Positions 1-9,559 of a stretch of 64,000 bases of DNA are shown here, in pieces. Origin of the DNA: a virus; IMG/VR virus record IMGVR_UViG_3300020473_002209, positions 62,621-126,620 of that record; one strand, written 5' to 3'. Position numbers and translations under genes: made by a program. The first letter of the stretch is position 1; each line of letters begins with the position of its first letter. Under the pieces are notes generated by a model, which saw only the letters and a list, made by a program, of their open reading frames with translations, was not told where the DNA came from and did not search any database.

Positions 1-2
1 AA

Positions 3-179
3 TTCACGAAGTTGTTTTCTAGTAAGTGCAAACCCTTGTTTGTAATTCACGATGCATTGATTATAGATGCTTCTACTGAGCATTTAGACGCTATAACAAA
101 ATATGTAAATACAGGGTTTAACGTTCCAAAGCTTGGAAATTTCCCGCTTAAGATAAAAGAGTTTAACGATCATGAATGA
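3..179 (+). CDS. C-terminal fragment of a family A DNA polymerase-like protein (runs off window start)
   Basis: Frame +3 reads FTKLFSSKCKPLFVIHDALIIDASTEH...GNFPLKIKEFNDHE*; VIHDALIID resembles PolA motif C (VHDELVFE). Only about 58 codons visible. Confidence 0.5.
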   Translation, partial: FTKLFSSKCKPLFVIHDALIIDASTEHLDAITKYVNTGFNVPKLGNFPLKIKEFNDHE

Positions 180-657
180 ACAAAAAGTCAGAAACTATAT
201 CAGAGAAATCCTCAATGAGGAAGAAAAGAAAAAGAAAAAAGGTAAAGCGATTAAACCAGGCGAAATTGGATTATCAGTTGGTCGTGGTGGGTTCACAAAA
301 GTTGTTGCCGAAACCGGAGCGCTTGCAAAGAAAAACCCGGGCCAGCTTATGAAAAACTTGGGGATCAAGGGTGGAGGAAACGGCTTGGAGGGTGTGCTCG
401 CTGTCTGGAAGCAAGCTGTAAAGCAAGACACAATGGCGCAAGCTTACGGCGGTGTTGGAGTTGTAACGAAAGGAAGTAGGAAAGGATTGTCCATTGGCCT
501 TGGAGAGCTCGATGCTCGAAATGGCGCTAAATTTCTTCATCACACGCTGATGGGAGCCATGACATCCGGTATTTTGGTTTCAGATGTACCGCTACAGATC
601 CAGGTTGATGGGGATGATGTAATCGTTCATACCGGCTCTGAAAAGGGAGATTGGTAG
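172..657 (+). CDS. Hypothetical protein with N-terminal VRNYIREILNE leader
   Basis: ORF; shares the leader motif with many ORFs in the window. Confidence 0.7.
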   Translation: MNEQKVRNYIREILNEEEKKKKKGKAIKPGEIGLSVGRGGFTKVVAETGALAKKNPGQLMKNLGIKGGGNGLEGVLAVWKQAVKQDTMAQAYGGVGVVTKGSRKGLSIGLGELDARNGAKFLHHTLMGAMTSGILVSDVPLQIQVDGDDVIVHTGSEKGDW

Positions 658-716
658 TAATTTCTGTAAACATTGCTTCTTCGTTATACTATTAATTTGA
701 TCGTATTTTTGGAGAA

Positions 717-1559
717 GTGATGAAGCATTTAGAGATAGATGGGCAAGTAATCCTCAATAAATTAACTGACTTAAGCCCGCCTGATAGAGACCCAGCAGAT
801 GGTGACGTTGTCGCTGCCGTTATTGATGTAGAGACTACCGGATTGAACCATCTGAAAGATGAGATTATCCAAATTGCTATCCGGCCGTTCTTTGTAAATC
901 CAACGACAGGCGAAGTGTCTGGATTAAGAAATACAATCGTCGCCCTCCAACAACCTTCATCACCGTTACCCAGGATTATTACGGATATAACCGGTTTTAC
1001 AGATGAAGATCTAGAAGGCAAGAGCATCCCATGGGATAAGGTGTCGCGTGTTCTTCAAAAGTGTCAATTTATTATTGCGCATAACGCTTCGTTCGATAGA
1101 AAATGGATCGATGCTGCTCTCCGCAAGAATAACCAGCTAGCACCTGAGAATGCTATCTGGGGATGCTCTATGACGCAAGTTGATTGGACACCTATCGTTC
1201 GATGCTCAAAGGCTCTAGAAGTGCTTTGTGCTTGGCATGGCTACTTTTACGATTCGCATAATGCAGTTGCTGATGTAGACGCAACGCTCCATCTTCTGAG
1301 AAAGAATAAGTACATGCAAGAACTTCTCCAGAATGCAGCAGAGCCAGACTATCACGTATTTGCCGCAAATTCACTGAGAGAAGAAAATGCCATCTTGAAA
1401 CAAGGTCGATATAGATGGAATCCTGAGTTGACTTGCTGGTGGAAAGCAACAAACACCGCAGAAGAAGCAGAACGAGAGTGCTTGTGGCTAAAAGAGAACC
1501 TTTCCAAGGTTGAGCCGCAATATTTTGAGATAGATGCATCACATCGCTTTTCTGAGTAA
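717..1559 (+). CDS. DEDDh 3'-5' exonuclease (DNA Pol III epsilon-like)
   Basis: DVETTG (ExoI), AHNASFD (ExoII), HNAVAD (ExoIII). Confidence 0.9.
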   Translation: MMKHLEIDGQVILNKLTDLSPPDRDPADGDVVAAVIDVETTGLNHLKDEIIQIAIRPFFVNPTTGEVSGLRNTIVALQQPSSPLPRIITDITGFTDEDLEGKSIPWDKVSRVLQKCQFIIAHNASFDRKWIDAALRKNNQLAPENAIWGCSMTQVDWTPIVRCSKALEVLCAWHGYFYDSHNAVADVDATLHLLRKNKYMQELLQNAAEPDYHVFAANSLREENAILKQGRYRWNPELTCWWKATNTAEEAERECLWLKENLSKVEPQYFEIDASHRFSE

Positions 1560-1570
1560 TAATTAAATGT

Positions 1571-1819
1571 ATGGATTTGATCAGAGAATACATTCGACTG
1601 TTACTTGAGAAAGAGGTCTTGGGCGAGCCTGATGAAAGTGCAGAAGAAGACCGGGAACCGGAGGATGAGGATCATCATGATGAGCAAGCCTCTGGTGGAG
1701 TTCCAGGACCTATGGTTCCTCTAGGGATGGGTCCTGCTGGTGAAAGAAAGAAGCGAAGAAAAGATGCAGAAAAAGCAAACGCTTCTGGTTTCGGCGGCGC
1801 AAAAGAATATAAAAAATAA
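1571..1819 (+). CDS. Small acidic protein with LIREYIRLLLE leader
   Basis: ORF with leader motif. Confidence 0.7.
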   Translation: MDLIREYIRLLLEKEVLGEPDESAEEDREPEDEDHHDEQASGGVPGPMVPLGMGPAGERKKRRKDAEKANASGFGGAKEYKK

Positions 1820-1820
1820 T

Positions 1821-1849
1821 TTGAAAAACTAACTACTAACTCTTATACT
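1821..1849 (+). promoter_or_regulatory. Sigma70-type promoter for SSB gene
   Basis: TTGAAA (1821-1826), 17 nt spacer, TATACT (1844-1849). Confidence 0.7.
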
Positions 1850-1875
1850 ATTAATGTCCTTACGGACACAAGACA

Positions 1876-1920
1876 ATTGAATATTTGATTATTGAATATT
1901 TGAACATTGCATATTAAACA
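1876..1920 (+). repeat. Three tandem imperfect 15-nt AT-rich repeats in the SSB leader
   Basis: ATTGAATATTTGATT / ATTGAATATTTGAAC / ATTGCATATTAAACA directly before GGAG RBS. Confidence 0.85.
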
Positions 1921-1935
1921 TTTGGAGAAAATATA

Positions 1936-2730
1936 ATGGCAATTAATTTTGATGCGCTTCGAAAGAAGCTTGGCCAGCTATCTGGCTCCGGCGGCCGCCG
2001 CAACTCGATGTGGCGTCCACAAGAAGGCGAAGAGAGTGTTGTTCGTCTCATGTCATTTCCAGCGAATGACGACGGTCTACCCTTCGCAGAACGATGGTTT
2101 TACTATAACATCGGGAATAACCCAGGGCTTCTTGCTCCCTACCAATTTGGCGATCCTGATCCAATCCAGGAGCTGATTACAAAGCTTCGTGATGAGGGCA
2201 CGAAGGAGTCTTATGAGCTCTGCAAGAAGCTTTATCCCAAGGCACGGTACTACGCTCCTGTTATCGTACGCGGTGAAGAAGATAAAGGCGTTCGTATCTG
2301 GGCTTTTGGTAAGACTGTGTACCAGTCTCTTCTCAATATTATGCTTGATGAAGATTACGGTGATATTACCGACCCGTCTGATGGCCGTGATGTAAAGGTG
2401 ATTTGCACAAAGGCTCCTGGACGTATGTGGGCAACAACTGAAGTTCGTCCCCGCGGTAAGCAGTCAGCTCTCTGCAGTGACAATAAGCAGGCTGCAACGT
2501 GGGTTGAGAACATTCCTGATATTAACGATATGTATGAAGCAAAGTCTTACGATGCTTTGACAAAGATTGTAAATGATTGGCTCGAAGGCGATGACGCCGA
2601 GAGCGATGAGGGCGAAACGACACGCGGTTTCAATGGTACTACTACCACTAGCTCCGCACCAAAGAATATCGAGTCTAAGTTCAAGAGCCTTGATGACGCG
2701 TTCGCAGACCTTGAAGATGATAGTTTCTAA
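1936..2730 (+). CDS. T4 gp32-like single-stranded DNA-binding protein
   Basis: Pattern WRP..GE..VR, DPI, RYYAPVIVRGEE.KGVRIWAFGK, DITDP.DGRD; acidic tail LDDAFADLEDDSF; next to RecA. Confidence 0.8.
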   Translation: MAINFDALRKKLGQLSGSGGRRNSMWRPQEGEESVVRLMSFPANDDGLPFAERWFYYNIGNNPGLLAPYQFGDPDPIQELITKLRDEGTKESYELCKKLYPKARYYAPVIVRGEEDKGVRIWAFGKTVYQSLLNIMLDEDYGDITDPSDGRDVKVICTKAPGRMWATTEVRPRGKQSALCSDNKQAATWVENIPDINDMYEAKSYDALTKIVNDWLEGDDAESDEGETTRGFNGTTTTSSAPKNIESKFKSLDDAFADLEDDSF

Positions 2731-2756
2731 TTAATCTTTATTGGTCTTTGAGCCCC

Positions 2757-2787
2757 AAGGGAGGAAGCATTCGCTTCCTCCCTTTTT
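2757..2787 (+). terminator. Rho-independent terminator
   Basis: AAGGGAGGAAGC-ATTC-GCTTCCTCCCTT followed by T-run. Confidence 0.85.
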
Positions 2788-2789
2788 AC

Positions 2790-2818
2790 TTGAACACTTC
2801 TTGATATGAGTGTATAAT
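2790..2818 (+). promoter_or_regulatory. Sigma70-type promoter for recA operon
   Basis: TTGAAC, 17 nt spacer, TATAAT. Confidence 0.65.
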
Positions 2819-2836
2819 CTTTTACGAGGTAATAAT

Positions 2837-4033
2837 ATGGCAAAGAAAAAAGGTGGCAACGGCAGTGATGATTTCACTTCTGACTTGATTAAGTCTCTTA
2901 ACAAAGAGCACGGTTCTAGGGTGGCGTATAATCTTTCAACAGACGAATCTCCAACTCACGTTAATCGATGGATTAGTACCGGATCCGAGCAGCTAGATTA
3001 TATCATCGCGAATCGTAGTAATGGGGGATTACCTGAGGGTAGGATTATAGAGATATTTGGGCCTCCGTCTATTGGGAAGTCTCATATTGCGATTCAGATT
3101 GCAAGATCATGTCAGCTTCTCGGTGGAATCGTAGTTTATATAGATACAGAGAATGCAACTTCTGTTGAAAACCTGGGTTTGCTGGGTGTTGACATCAACA
3201 AGCGGTTTGTATATGTTGATACGCACTGTACAGAAGAGGTTCTTTCTATTGCTGAATCAACCATAATGAAAGCTAAGGCGATGGACAAAGACGTCCCAGT
3301 AACGATTATCTGGGACTCTGTTGCTGCTTCATCTCCTAAGGCCGAGCTCGACGGAACGTACGAACAAAATTCTATTGGTTTACAAGCTCGCGCAATCTCT
3401 AAAGGTATGCGCAAAATTACAGGTGTCATTGCAAATCAGAATGTCCTGTTTATCTGCTTAAACCAAATTCGCACTAAGATTGGAGTTATGTATGGCGATC
3501 CTACTACTACACCCGGCGGTAAGGCAATCCCTTTTCACTCATCTGTACGAATCAAACTGGGAGCGGGACAACAGATCACAAACAAGAACAAGGAAGTCAT
3601 CGGTATCCATGTTCGTGCTAAGACTATTAAGAATAAGGTAGCTCCTCCGTTTCGAGAATGTAATTTTGAGATCCATTTTGGTAAGGGCATTGTGGAACAT
3701 GAACAGGTTTTTGATGAGCTAAGAAAGCATGGTGCTGAGATTATCGATGGGAAAGAGATTTGTGTAAAAGGAACCAGCGCATGGAAAAACCTTACTGTGA
3801 CAGATACAAAGACGGGTGAGATAGAGCTTGAAAAGAAATTTTATAAGGCTGATTTCGGAGACGTGTGGAAAGACCCGGAGTATAAACCATACGTCGACTC
3901 TCTTCTTGGTGCGTGTATGATTAGAAAGATGTCTGATGATGAACATGCAACTCTTGATACAGAGTCTTATGAAGAAGTTAGAGCCGCAGCAATGGAGATT
4001 AATTTAGAAGATCTTCCGGACCTGAATGACTGA
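2837..4033 (+). CDS. recA: RecA/UvsX-family recombinase
   Basis: GGLPEGRIIEIFGPPSIGKS Walker A, IIWDSVAA, NQIR.KIGVMYGDP.TTPGG, KNKVAPPF; ATG 2837 after GAGG. Confidence 0.95.
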   Translation: MAKKKGGNGSDDFTSDLIKSLNKEHGSRVAYNLSTDESPTHVNRWISTGSEQLDYIIANRSNGGLPEGRIIEIFGPPSIGKSHIAIQIARSCQLLGGIVVYIDTENATSVENLGLLGVDINKRFVYVDTHCTEEVLSIAESTIMKAKAMDKDVPVTIIWDSVAASSPKAELDGTYEQNSIGLQARAISKGMRKITGVIANQNVLFICLNQIRTKIGVMYGDPTTTPGGKAIPFHSSVRIKLGAGQQITNKNKEVIGIHVRAKTIKNKVAPPFRECNFEIHFGKGIVEHEQVFDELRKHGAEIIDGKEICVKGTSAWKNLTVTDTKTGEIELEKKFYKADFGDVWKDPEYKPYVDSLLGACMIRKMSDDEHATLDTESYEEVRAAAMEINLEDLPDLND

Positions 4034-4983
4034 TGAAAGATCGACCAGTTTTATTGATTGATGGATTGAATTGTTTTTATAGGCATTTTGTAGCGAATCC
4101 ATCCATGGGGGAAAATGGCAATCCTGTCGGTGGCATTGTGGGTTTTCTAAAAGGAATTCAGCTTTTAACAGAGCGCTATTCTCCAGATTCTGTTGTGGTT
4201 GTGTGGGAGGGCGGCGGATCTCCTCGAAGAAGGTCTATCGACCCGACCTACAAGGGCGGCCGAAGACCTGAAAAGCTAAATCGATTCTATTCAGGTGATT
4301 TACCTGATACGGTCTCGAACAGAAATGAGCAAATTTCAAAGCTGGTAAGCCTCATAAGAAAGACAGCAATTCCACAGATCTATATTTCAGACTGTGAAGC
4401 GGATGACGTTATTGCTCGCCTCTGTAATGTCGTGCTTAAGGAACGAAGGTGCATTATCGTTTCTACTGATAAAGATTTTTATCAATTAATTGATGAGAGG
4501 ATCAGCGCTTGGTCTCCAGGTAGCAAGAGAGAGTGGACGGTTGACAAAGTGCTACAAGAATTTAGGATACATCCTGTAAATTTTTGTTTAGCAAGATGCT
4601 TTGTTGGTGACGGGTCTGACGGGCTAAAAGGTGTCCCTGGAGCTGGGTTTAGGAGCCTTGCAAAGAGGTTCCCTCGTTTAGGAAGTGAAGAATCTCTGAC
4701 TGTTTCCGACATACTTACAGAATGTGAAGATCTTCGGAAACAAAAGCGTCTGAAGCTCTATGATAGCATCATAGATCACGAAGATACTGTCAACAAAAAT
4801 TGGAAGCTTATGTATTTGGGGCATGGAAACGTATCGGGAGCTCAGGCTAAGAAAATAGACGAAGCACTTGAAATTTCCAGCTCAAAGAGAGATAAGCTTG
4901 GGTTTATTCGTTCCCTTAGAACACTGGGAATAAAAAATTTCGACTATGACAAATTGTTCATGACCTTACGAACATTGGGGTAA
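4033..4983 (+). CDS. 5'-3' exonuclease / flap endonuclease (Pol I N-terminal, T4 RNase H-like)
   Basis: LLIDG, YKGGR, EADDVIA, STDKDF.QL, GDGSD..KGVPG.G. Confidence 0.9.
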   Translation: MKDRPVLLIDGLNCFYRHFVANPSMGENGNPVGGIVGFLKGIQLLTERYSPDSVVVVWEGGGSPRRRSIDPTYKGGRRPEKLNRFYSGDLPDTVSNRNEQISKLVSLIRKTAIPQIYISDCEADDVIARLCNVVLKERRCIIVSTDKDFYQLIDERISAWSPGSKREWTVDKVLQEFRIHPVNFCLARCFVGDGSDGLKGVPGAGFRSLAKRFPRLGSEESLTVSDILTECEDLRKQKRLKLYDSIIDHEDTVNKNWKLMYLGHGNVSGAQAKKIDEALEISSSKRDKLGFIRSLRTLGIKNFDYDKLFMTLRTLG

Positions 4984-4989
4984 AAAATA

Positions 4990-6396
4990 ATGAGCGCACT
5001 CGCTAGCAACAACATTTTGAGTGAAATTCCAGGCGGCCAGTTTCGTCAATATAACAAGTCTTTTCAAGAAAAGATTCTCCAGGGTCTGTTAACAGACCAC
5101 CAATGGGCCGCTCAAATGGTTGAAGTTATGAGGCCAGACTTTTTTGAACTTAGGTACCTTGAGTATCTTTGCGAGAAATACTTCAGTTATTTTACTGAAT
5201 ATAGATGTTTTCCAACGCAAGCTCTACTAATCAGTATCATTAAAGATGGTCTAAGCGAAGATGGTGATGTCTTGCTTCGTGACCAGATAGTAAGCTACTT
5301 GATAAGAGCGAAAGAGAATCCTCATCCAGGTGATATCGCTTATGTAAAAGAAAAGTCGCTTGATTTCTGTAAGAGGCAAGCTTTTAAGGAGGCGCTAGAA
5401 AAGTCTGTTGAGTTGATTTCAACTGATAATTTTGAATCTGTTATTTCTCTTATGAAGAACGCTGTTTCGATTGGACTAGCGAACACTGTTGGGCATGATT
5501 TCTTTGAAGACATGGAAGCTCGTTTTGTAGTTGCGAATCGTTGTGTTTGTCCCACGGGAATTCCGGAATTGGATGCGAAAGATATTTTGGCAGGCGGATT
5601 AGGTAGAGGGGAGATTGGTGTCGTTACCGCAAATACGGGCGTTGGAAAATCACACTATCTAGTTCAGATGGGTGCAAACGCTATGCGAAGGGGTAAGAAC
5701 GTGTTGCATTATACCTTCGAGTTGACAGAACAAGCTGTTGGAATTCGGTATGATTCAAACCTTTGCGGTATCTCATCATCAGATGTTGTGGAAAATAAGG
5801 AGCAGGTAAAGAAGTTTTACGAAGGTAACGAAGACCTCGGAAGGCTCATTATCAAAGAGTACCCAACTGGCTATCCCTCGGTTACAACGATCAGAAACCA
5901 CATAGAGAAGCTTGCACTTAGAGGGTTTAAGCCAAGTGTACTAGTGATTGACTATGCTGATATCATGCGATCCACTCGTTCGTACGATTCTCTCCGTCAC
6001 GAGCTGAAACTAATTTATGAAGAGCTCAGAAACCTCGCGATGGAATTGCGGATACCTATTTGGACTGCTTCACAAGCCAATCGCGATTCAGCGAATTCTG
6101 ATATTGTGGGACTTGAAAATATGTCTGAAGCTTATGGGAAGGCTATGGTCGCAGATCTCGTGGTATCTTTATCTCGTAAGCCCACTGAGAAGGCAACTGG
6201 CGCCGGCCGGCTTTTCATTGCCAAGAACCGTGCTGGAAAGGATGGGATTCTTTTTCCTATTCACATTGACACAGCACGCTCTACTATTAAGGTACTTGAT
6301 GAAGAGGTATCTACTTTGACAGAAGCGATAAGGGATGACAAACAAGAAACAAAGGCTCTAATCAAAAAGAAGTGGGCTGAATTAAAGCGCGTCTAG
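4990..6396 (+). CDS. dnaB: DnaB-family replicative helicase
   Basis: ANTGVGKS Walker A, VIDYAD, WTASQANR, IAKNR. Confidence 0.9.
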   Translation: MSALASNNILSEIPGGQFRQYNKSFQEKILQGLLTDHQWAAQMVEVMRPDFFELRYLEYLCEKYFSYFTEYRCFPTQALLISIIKDGLSEDGDVLLRDQIVSYLIRAKENPHPGDIAYVKEKSLDFCKRQAFKEALEKSVELISTDNFESVISLMKNAVSIGLANTVGHDFFEDMEARFVVANRCVCPTGIPELDAKDILAGGLGRGEIGVVTANTGVGKSHYLVQMGANAMRRGKNVLHYTFELTEQAVGIRYDSNLCGISSSDVVENKEQVKKFYEGNEDLGRLIIKEYPTGYPSVTTIRNHIEKLALRGFKPSVLVIDYADIMRSTRSYDSLRHELKLIYEELRNLAMELRIPIWTASQANRDSANSDIVGLENMSEAYGKAMVADLVVSLSRKPTEKATGAGRLFIAKNRAGKDGILFPIHIDTARSTIKVLDEEVSTLTEAIRDDKQETKALIKKKWAELKRV

Positions 6397-6419
6397 CAGC
6401 ATTAGAGATAGAGGGAAAA

Positions 6420-8933
6420 ATGACTTTTGATTATCAGGAAGCGTTTGCGAATTCGTTAGAGTATTTTTCTGGCGATGAATTGGCGGCCAATGTAGTCACT
6501 ACAAAATATCTTTTAGCTGGAAATGATGGTACTTACCTTGAGTCTTCACCTGACGATATGCATAAGAGGATAGCAAAAGAGCTTCACAGGGCAGAGTCTC
6601 GTTATCCCAATGCAATGTCATACGAAGAGATATATGGGTTGCTGAAAGATTTTAAGTACGTCATACCTCAGGGCTCACCAATGTCTGGAATCGGTAATGA
6701 GCAGAGAATCCAGAGCTTATCTAACTGCTTCGTTATACCAGCTCCAGAAGACAGCTACGGTGGTATATTAAAAACTGATCAAGAGCTTGTTCAGATAGCA
6801 AAACGCCGCGGCGGAGTGGGGTTTGATTTAAGCACTATCCGTCCAAAAGGATTACCTACCGCGAATGCTGCCCGCACTACGGACGGTATTGAAGTTTTCA
6901 TGGACAGGTTTTCCAATTCATGTAGAGAGGTAGCGCAAGGTGGGCGTCGAGGCGCATTGATGTTGACGATATCCGTCCACCACCCGCAGATCCGAGACTT
7001 TATAAAGATCAAGAGAGATTTGGCAAGAGTAACTGGTGCGAATATATCTGTTCGGGTTTCTGATGAGTTTATGAGCGCAGTAAAAGAGGGTACAAATGTA
7101 GAGTTACGGTGGCCGATAGACTCTGATAATCCTAAGATTAGCGAGCAAGCAGACGCGAGATCGATATGGCATGAAATAATTGGGGGTGCTCATGCGGCTG
7201 CTGAGCCAGGTGTGTTGTTTTGGGATACTGCGAAATCTTACACACCTGCGGACATTTATTCTGATGAAGGGTTTGGGTCTGTTTCTACGAACCCTTGTGG
7301 GGAGATCATTCTCTCCCCTTTCGACAGTTGTCGGTTGATGCTTCTTAACTTGACGAGCTTTGTTCGCAGTGAGTGGACACAAGACGCTACTTTTGATTTT
7401 AAGAAATTTGCTGAGGTCGCATATCAGTCACAAAGACTTATGGACGATATGATTGATCTTGAGATAGAACAGATCGATAAGATTATTTCAAAAATTAGTG
7501 AAGACCCTGAGTCTCGAGAAGTAAAGCAGATTGAGCTGGACCTTTGGGAGAATATAAAGACGCAAGCGATCAGAGGCCGCAGGACTGGCTTAGGAATAAC
7601 CGGGCTTGGTGACGCTTTAGCCATGTTAGGCGTCCGGTACGGGTCAGATGAGAGTGTTGAATGGACCGGAAAGATCTACAAGTCGCTCGCGGTAAATGCT
7701 TATCGCTCGTCAATCATGATGGCAAAAGAGCGCGGCCCCTTTGAAGTTTTTAATGCAGAGAAAGAAGAGGGTCATCCATTTCTACAGAGGATTTGGGACG
7801 CCGATGCTGAATTGCTGGATATGAACCGCAAGTATGGTAGAAGAAACATCGCATTAACCACAACTGCACCTGCGGGCTCTGTCTCCGTTTTAACACAGAC
7901 AACGTCGGGTATAGAGCCGGCTTTTATGCTCCACTATACTCGTAGAAAGAAGCTGACAGGTCAGGATGAAGAAGCTCGTGTAGACTTTGTTGATGATAGC
8001 GGTGATAAGTGGCAAGAATATACTGTATATCATCATGGGTTTAAGCAGTGGCTAGACGCTGTAACGATTTCAGGTGTTGAGTGGAGTACCGATGACTTAC
8101 CGACTGCAGTTTCGCATAGTCCATACGCTGCAGCAACTGCTAATGAGATTGACTGGGTTGCAAAAGTTAAAATGCAAGCCGCAGCTCAAGAGTGGGTCTG
8201 TCACGCAATATCAAATACGACAAATTTACCAGCCGACACAGACATAGAGACAGTAAAGCAAGTTTATATGACCGGTTGGGAGCTTGGCTGCAAGGGTGTA
8301 ACCGTTTATAGGGATGGAAGTCGAGCTGGTGTGCTGGTTTCCTCTGATAATAAGAGTCAAGATCCTCGCGAGGCAGGTGAGATTATAACAAGGTCCGCGC
8401 CAAAGCGTCCTGAGGAAATGACTTGTGATATTCATCAAGCCAACATTAAGGGGGAGGCGTGGACCATCCTTGTTGGCCTCATGAAAGGGAAACCTTATGA
8501 AGTTATAGGTGGGCTATCTGAGTACGTTGAGATCCCAAGAAAGCATACTTCTGGAAAGATTCGACGACGCTCCCGGAAGTCTGTTAATTCAAAGTACGAT
8601 TTAATTGTAGGGACCAATGGCGATGAATTTGTGATAAAGGACATTGTCAAAGTGTTTGATAATCCTAATCATTCAGCGTTCACCAGAACAATATCGCTGG
8701 CACTGCGCCATGGCGTTCCTGTGCAGTATATGGTGGAGCAATTGCAAAAAGATAAAGATGCAGACCTATTTAGCTTTGCGAAGGTGACAGCACGATGTCT
8801 TAAGAAATACATCGCTGATGGCACAAAAGCGAGTAATGGAGTGTTTGATACAGCTTGCTGCGATAACCCTAACATAGTTTACCAAGAAGGATGCGCGACT
8901 TGCTTAAATTGCGGCGCAGCAAAATGCGGATAG
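6420..8933 (+). CDS. nrdJ: Class II (adenosylcobalamin-dependent) ribonucleotide reductase
   Basis: SNCFV, TNPCGE, APAGSVS..TQTTSGIEP, KGVTVYRDGSR, C-terminal EGC..C..CG..KC; no beta subunit nearby. Confidence 0.88.
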   Translation: MTFDYQEAFANSLEYFSGDELAANVVTTKYLLAGNDGTYLESSPDDMHKRIAKELHRAESRYPNAMSYEEIYGLLKDFKYVIPQGSPMSGIGNEQRIQSLSNCFVIPAPEDSYGGILKTDQELVQIAKRRGGVGFDLSTIRPKGLPTANAARTTDGIEVFMDRFSNSCREVAQGGRRGALMLTISVHHPQIRDFIKIKRDLARVTGANISVRVSDEFMSAVKEGTNVELRWPIDSDNPKISEQADARSIWHEIIGGAHAAAEPGVLFWDTAKSYTPADIYSDEGFGSVSTNPCGEIILSPFDSCRLMLLNLTSFVRSEWTQDATFDFKKFAEVAYQSQRLMDDMIDLEIEQIDKIISKISEDPESREVKQIELDLWENIKTQAIRGRRTGLGITGLGDALAMLGVRYGSDESVEWTGKIYKSLAVNAYRSSIMMAKERGPFEVFNAEKEEGHPFLQRIWDADAELLDMNRKYGRRNIALTTTAPAGSVSVLTQTTSGIEPAFMLHYTRRKKLTGQDEEARVDFVDDSGDKWQEYTVYHHGFKQWLDAVTISGVEWSTDDLPTAVSHSPYAAATANEIDWVAKVKMQAAAQEWVCHAISNTTNLPADTDIETVKQVYMTGWELGCKGVTVYRDGSRAGVLVSSDNKSQDPREAGEIITRSAPKRPEEMTCDIHQANIKGEAWTILVGLMKGKPYEVIGGLSEYVEIPRKHTSGKIRRRSRKSVNSKYDLIVGTNGDEFVIKDIVKVFDNPNHSAFTRTISLALRHGVPVQYMVEQLQKDKDADLFSFAKVTARCLKKYIADGTKASNGVFDTACCDNPNIVYQEGCATCLNCGAAKCG

Positions 8934-8948
8934 TTTACAGGAGGCAAA

Positions 8949-9551
8949 ATGCATTGGACATCTGAGATAGACCCGAAAATAAAAGAAATAGAATTGAGAA
9001 AACAACCGATGATGATTCGAGTCAATAAGTTCGATGAAGAATCGGCGAAGAAATTTGCATTAGAAATGGGCCAAGCTCACAATACTGGGCAGAAGATAAT
9101 TCCAGTGATAATCGATTCTTACGGCGGTCAAGTATACAGCCTAATGAGCATGATCAGCGCGATTAAACATGCAGAGATTCCCGTGGCGACTATCGTAGAG
9201 GGCAAGGCAATGTCATGCGGTGCAGTCCTATTTTCATTTGGCGATGAAGGGTATCGGTTTATGGATCCCAACGCGACAGTAATGATTCATGACGTTAGCT
9301 CTATGGAGTGGGGTAAAGTTGAAGAGATGAAGGCCGGCGCCGCAGAAGCTGATAGGTTAAACACAATAATCTACACCATGATGGCTCAAAACTGTGGTAA
9401 GAAAGATGATTACTTCATGAAGATCGTAGATAAAAAGAAGCATGCTGACTGGTTTCTAGACGCAAAAGAAACAAAGAAACACAATATGGCTAACCACCTT
9501 CGTGTCCCAAAGTTGTCTATAAAGGTAACTGTTGACATCGATTTCGAATAG
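8949..9551 (+). CDS. clpP: ClpP-family protease
   Basis: IDSYGG, GKAMSCG (catalytic Ser), MIHD (catalytic His), DWFLDA.E. Confidence 0.85.
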   Translation: MHWTSEIDPKIKEIELRKQPMMIRVNKFDEESAKKFALEMGQAHNTGQKIIPVIIDSYGGQVYSLMSMISAIKHAEIPVATIVEGKAMSCGAVLFSFGDEGYRFMDPNATVMIHDVSSMEWGKVEEMKAGAAEADRLNTIIYTMMAQNCGKKDDYFMKIVDKKKHADWFLDAKETKKHNMANHLRVPKLSIKVTVDIDFE

Positions 9552-9559
9552 GTACGCCG

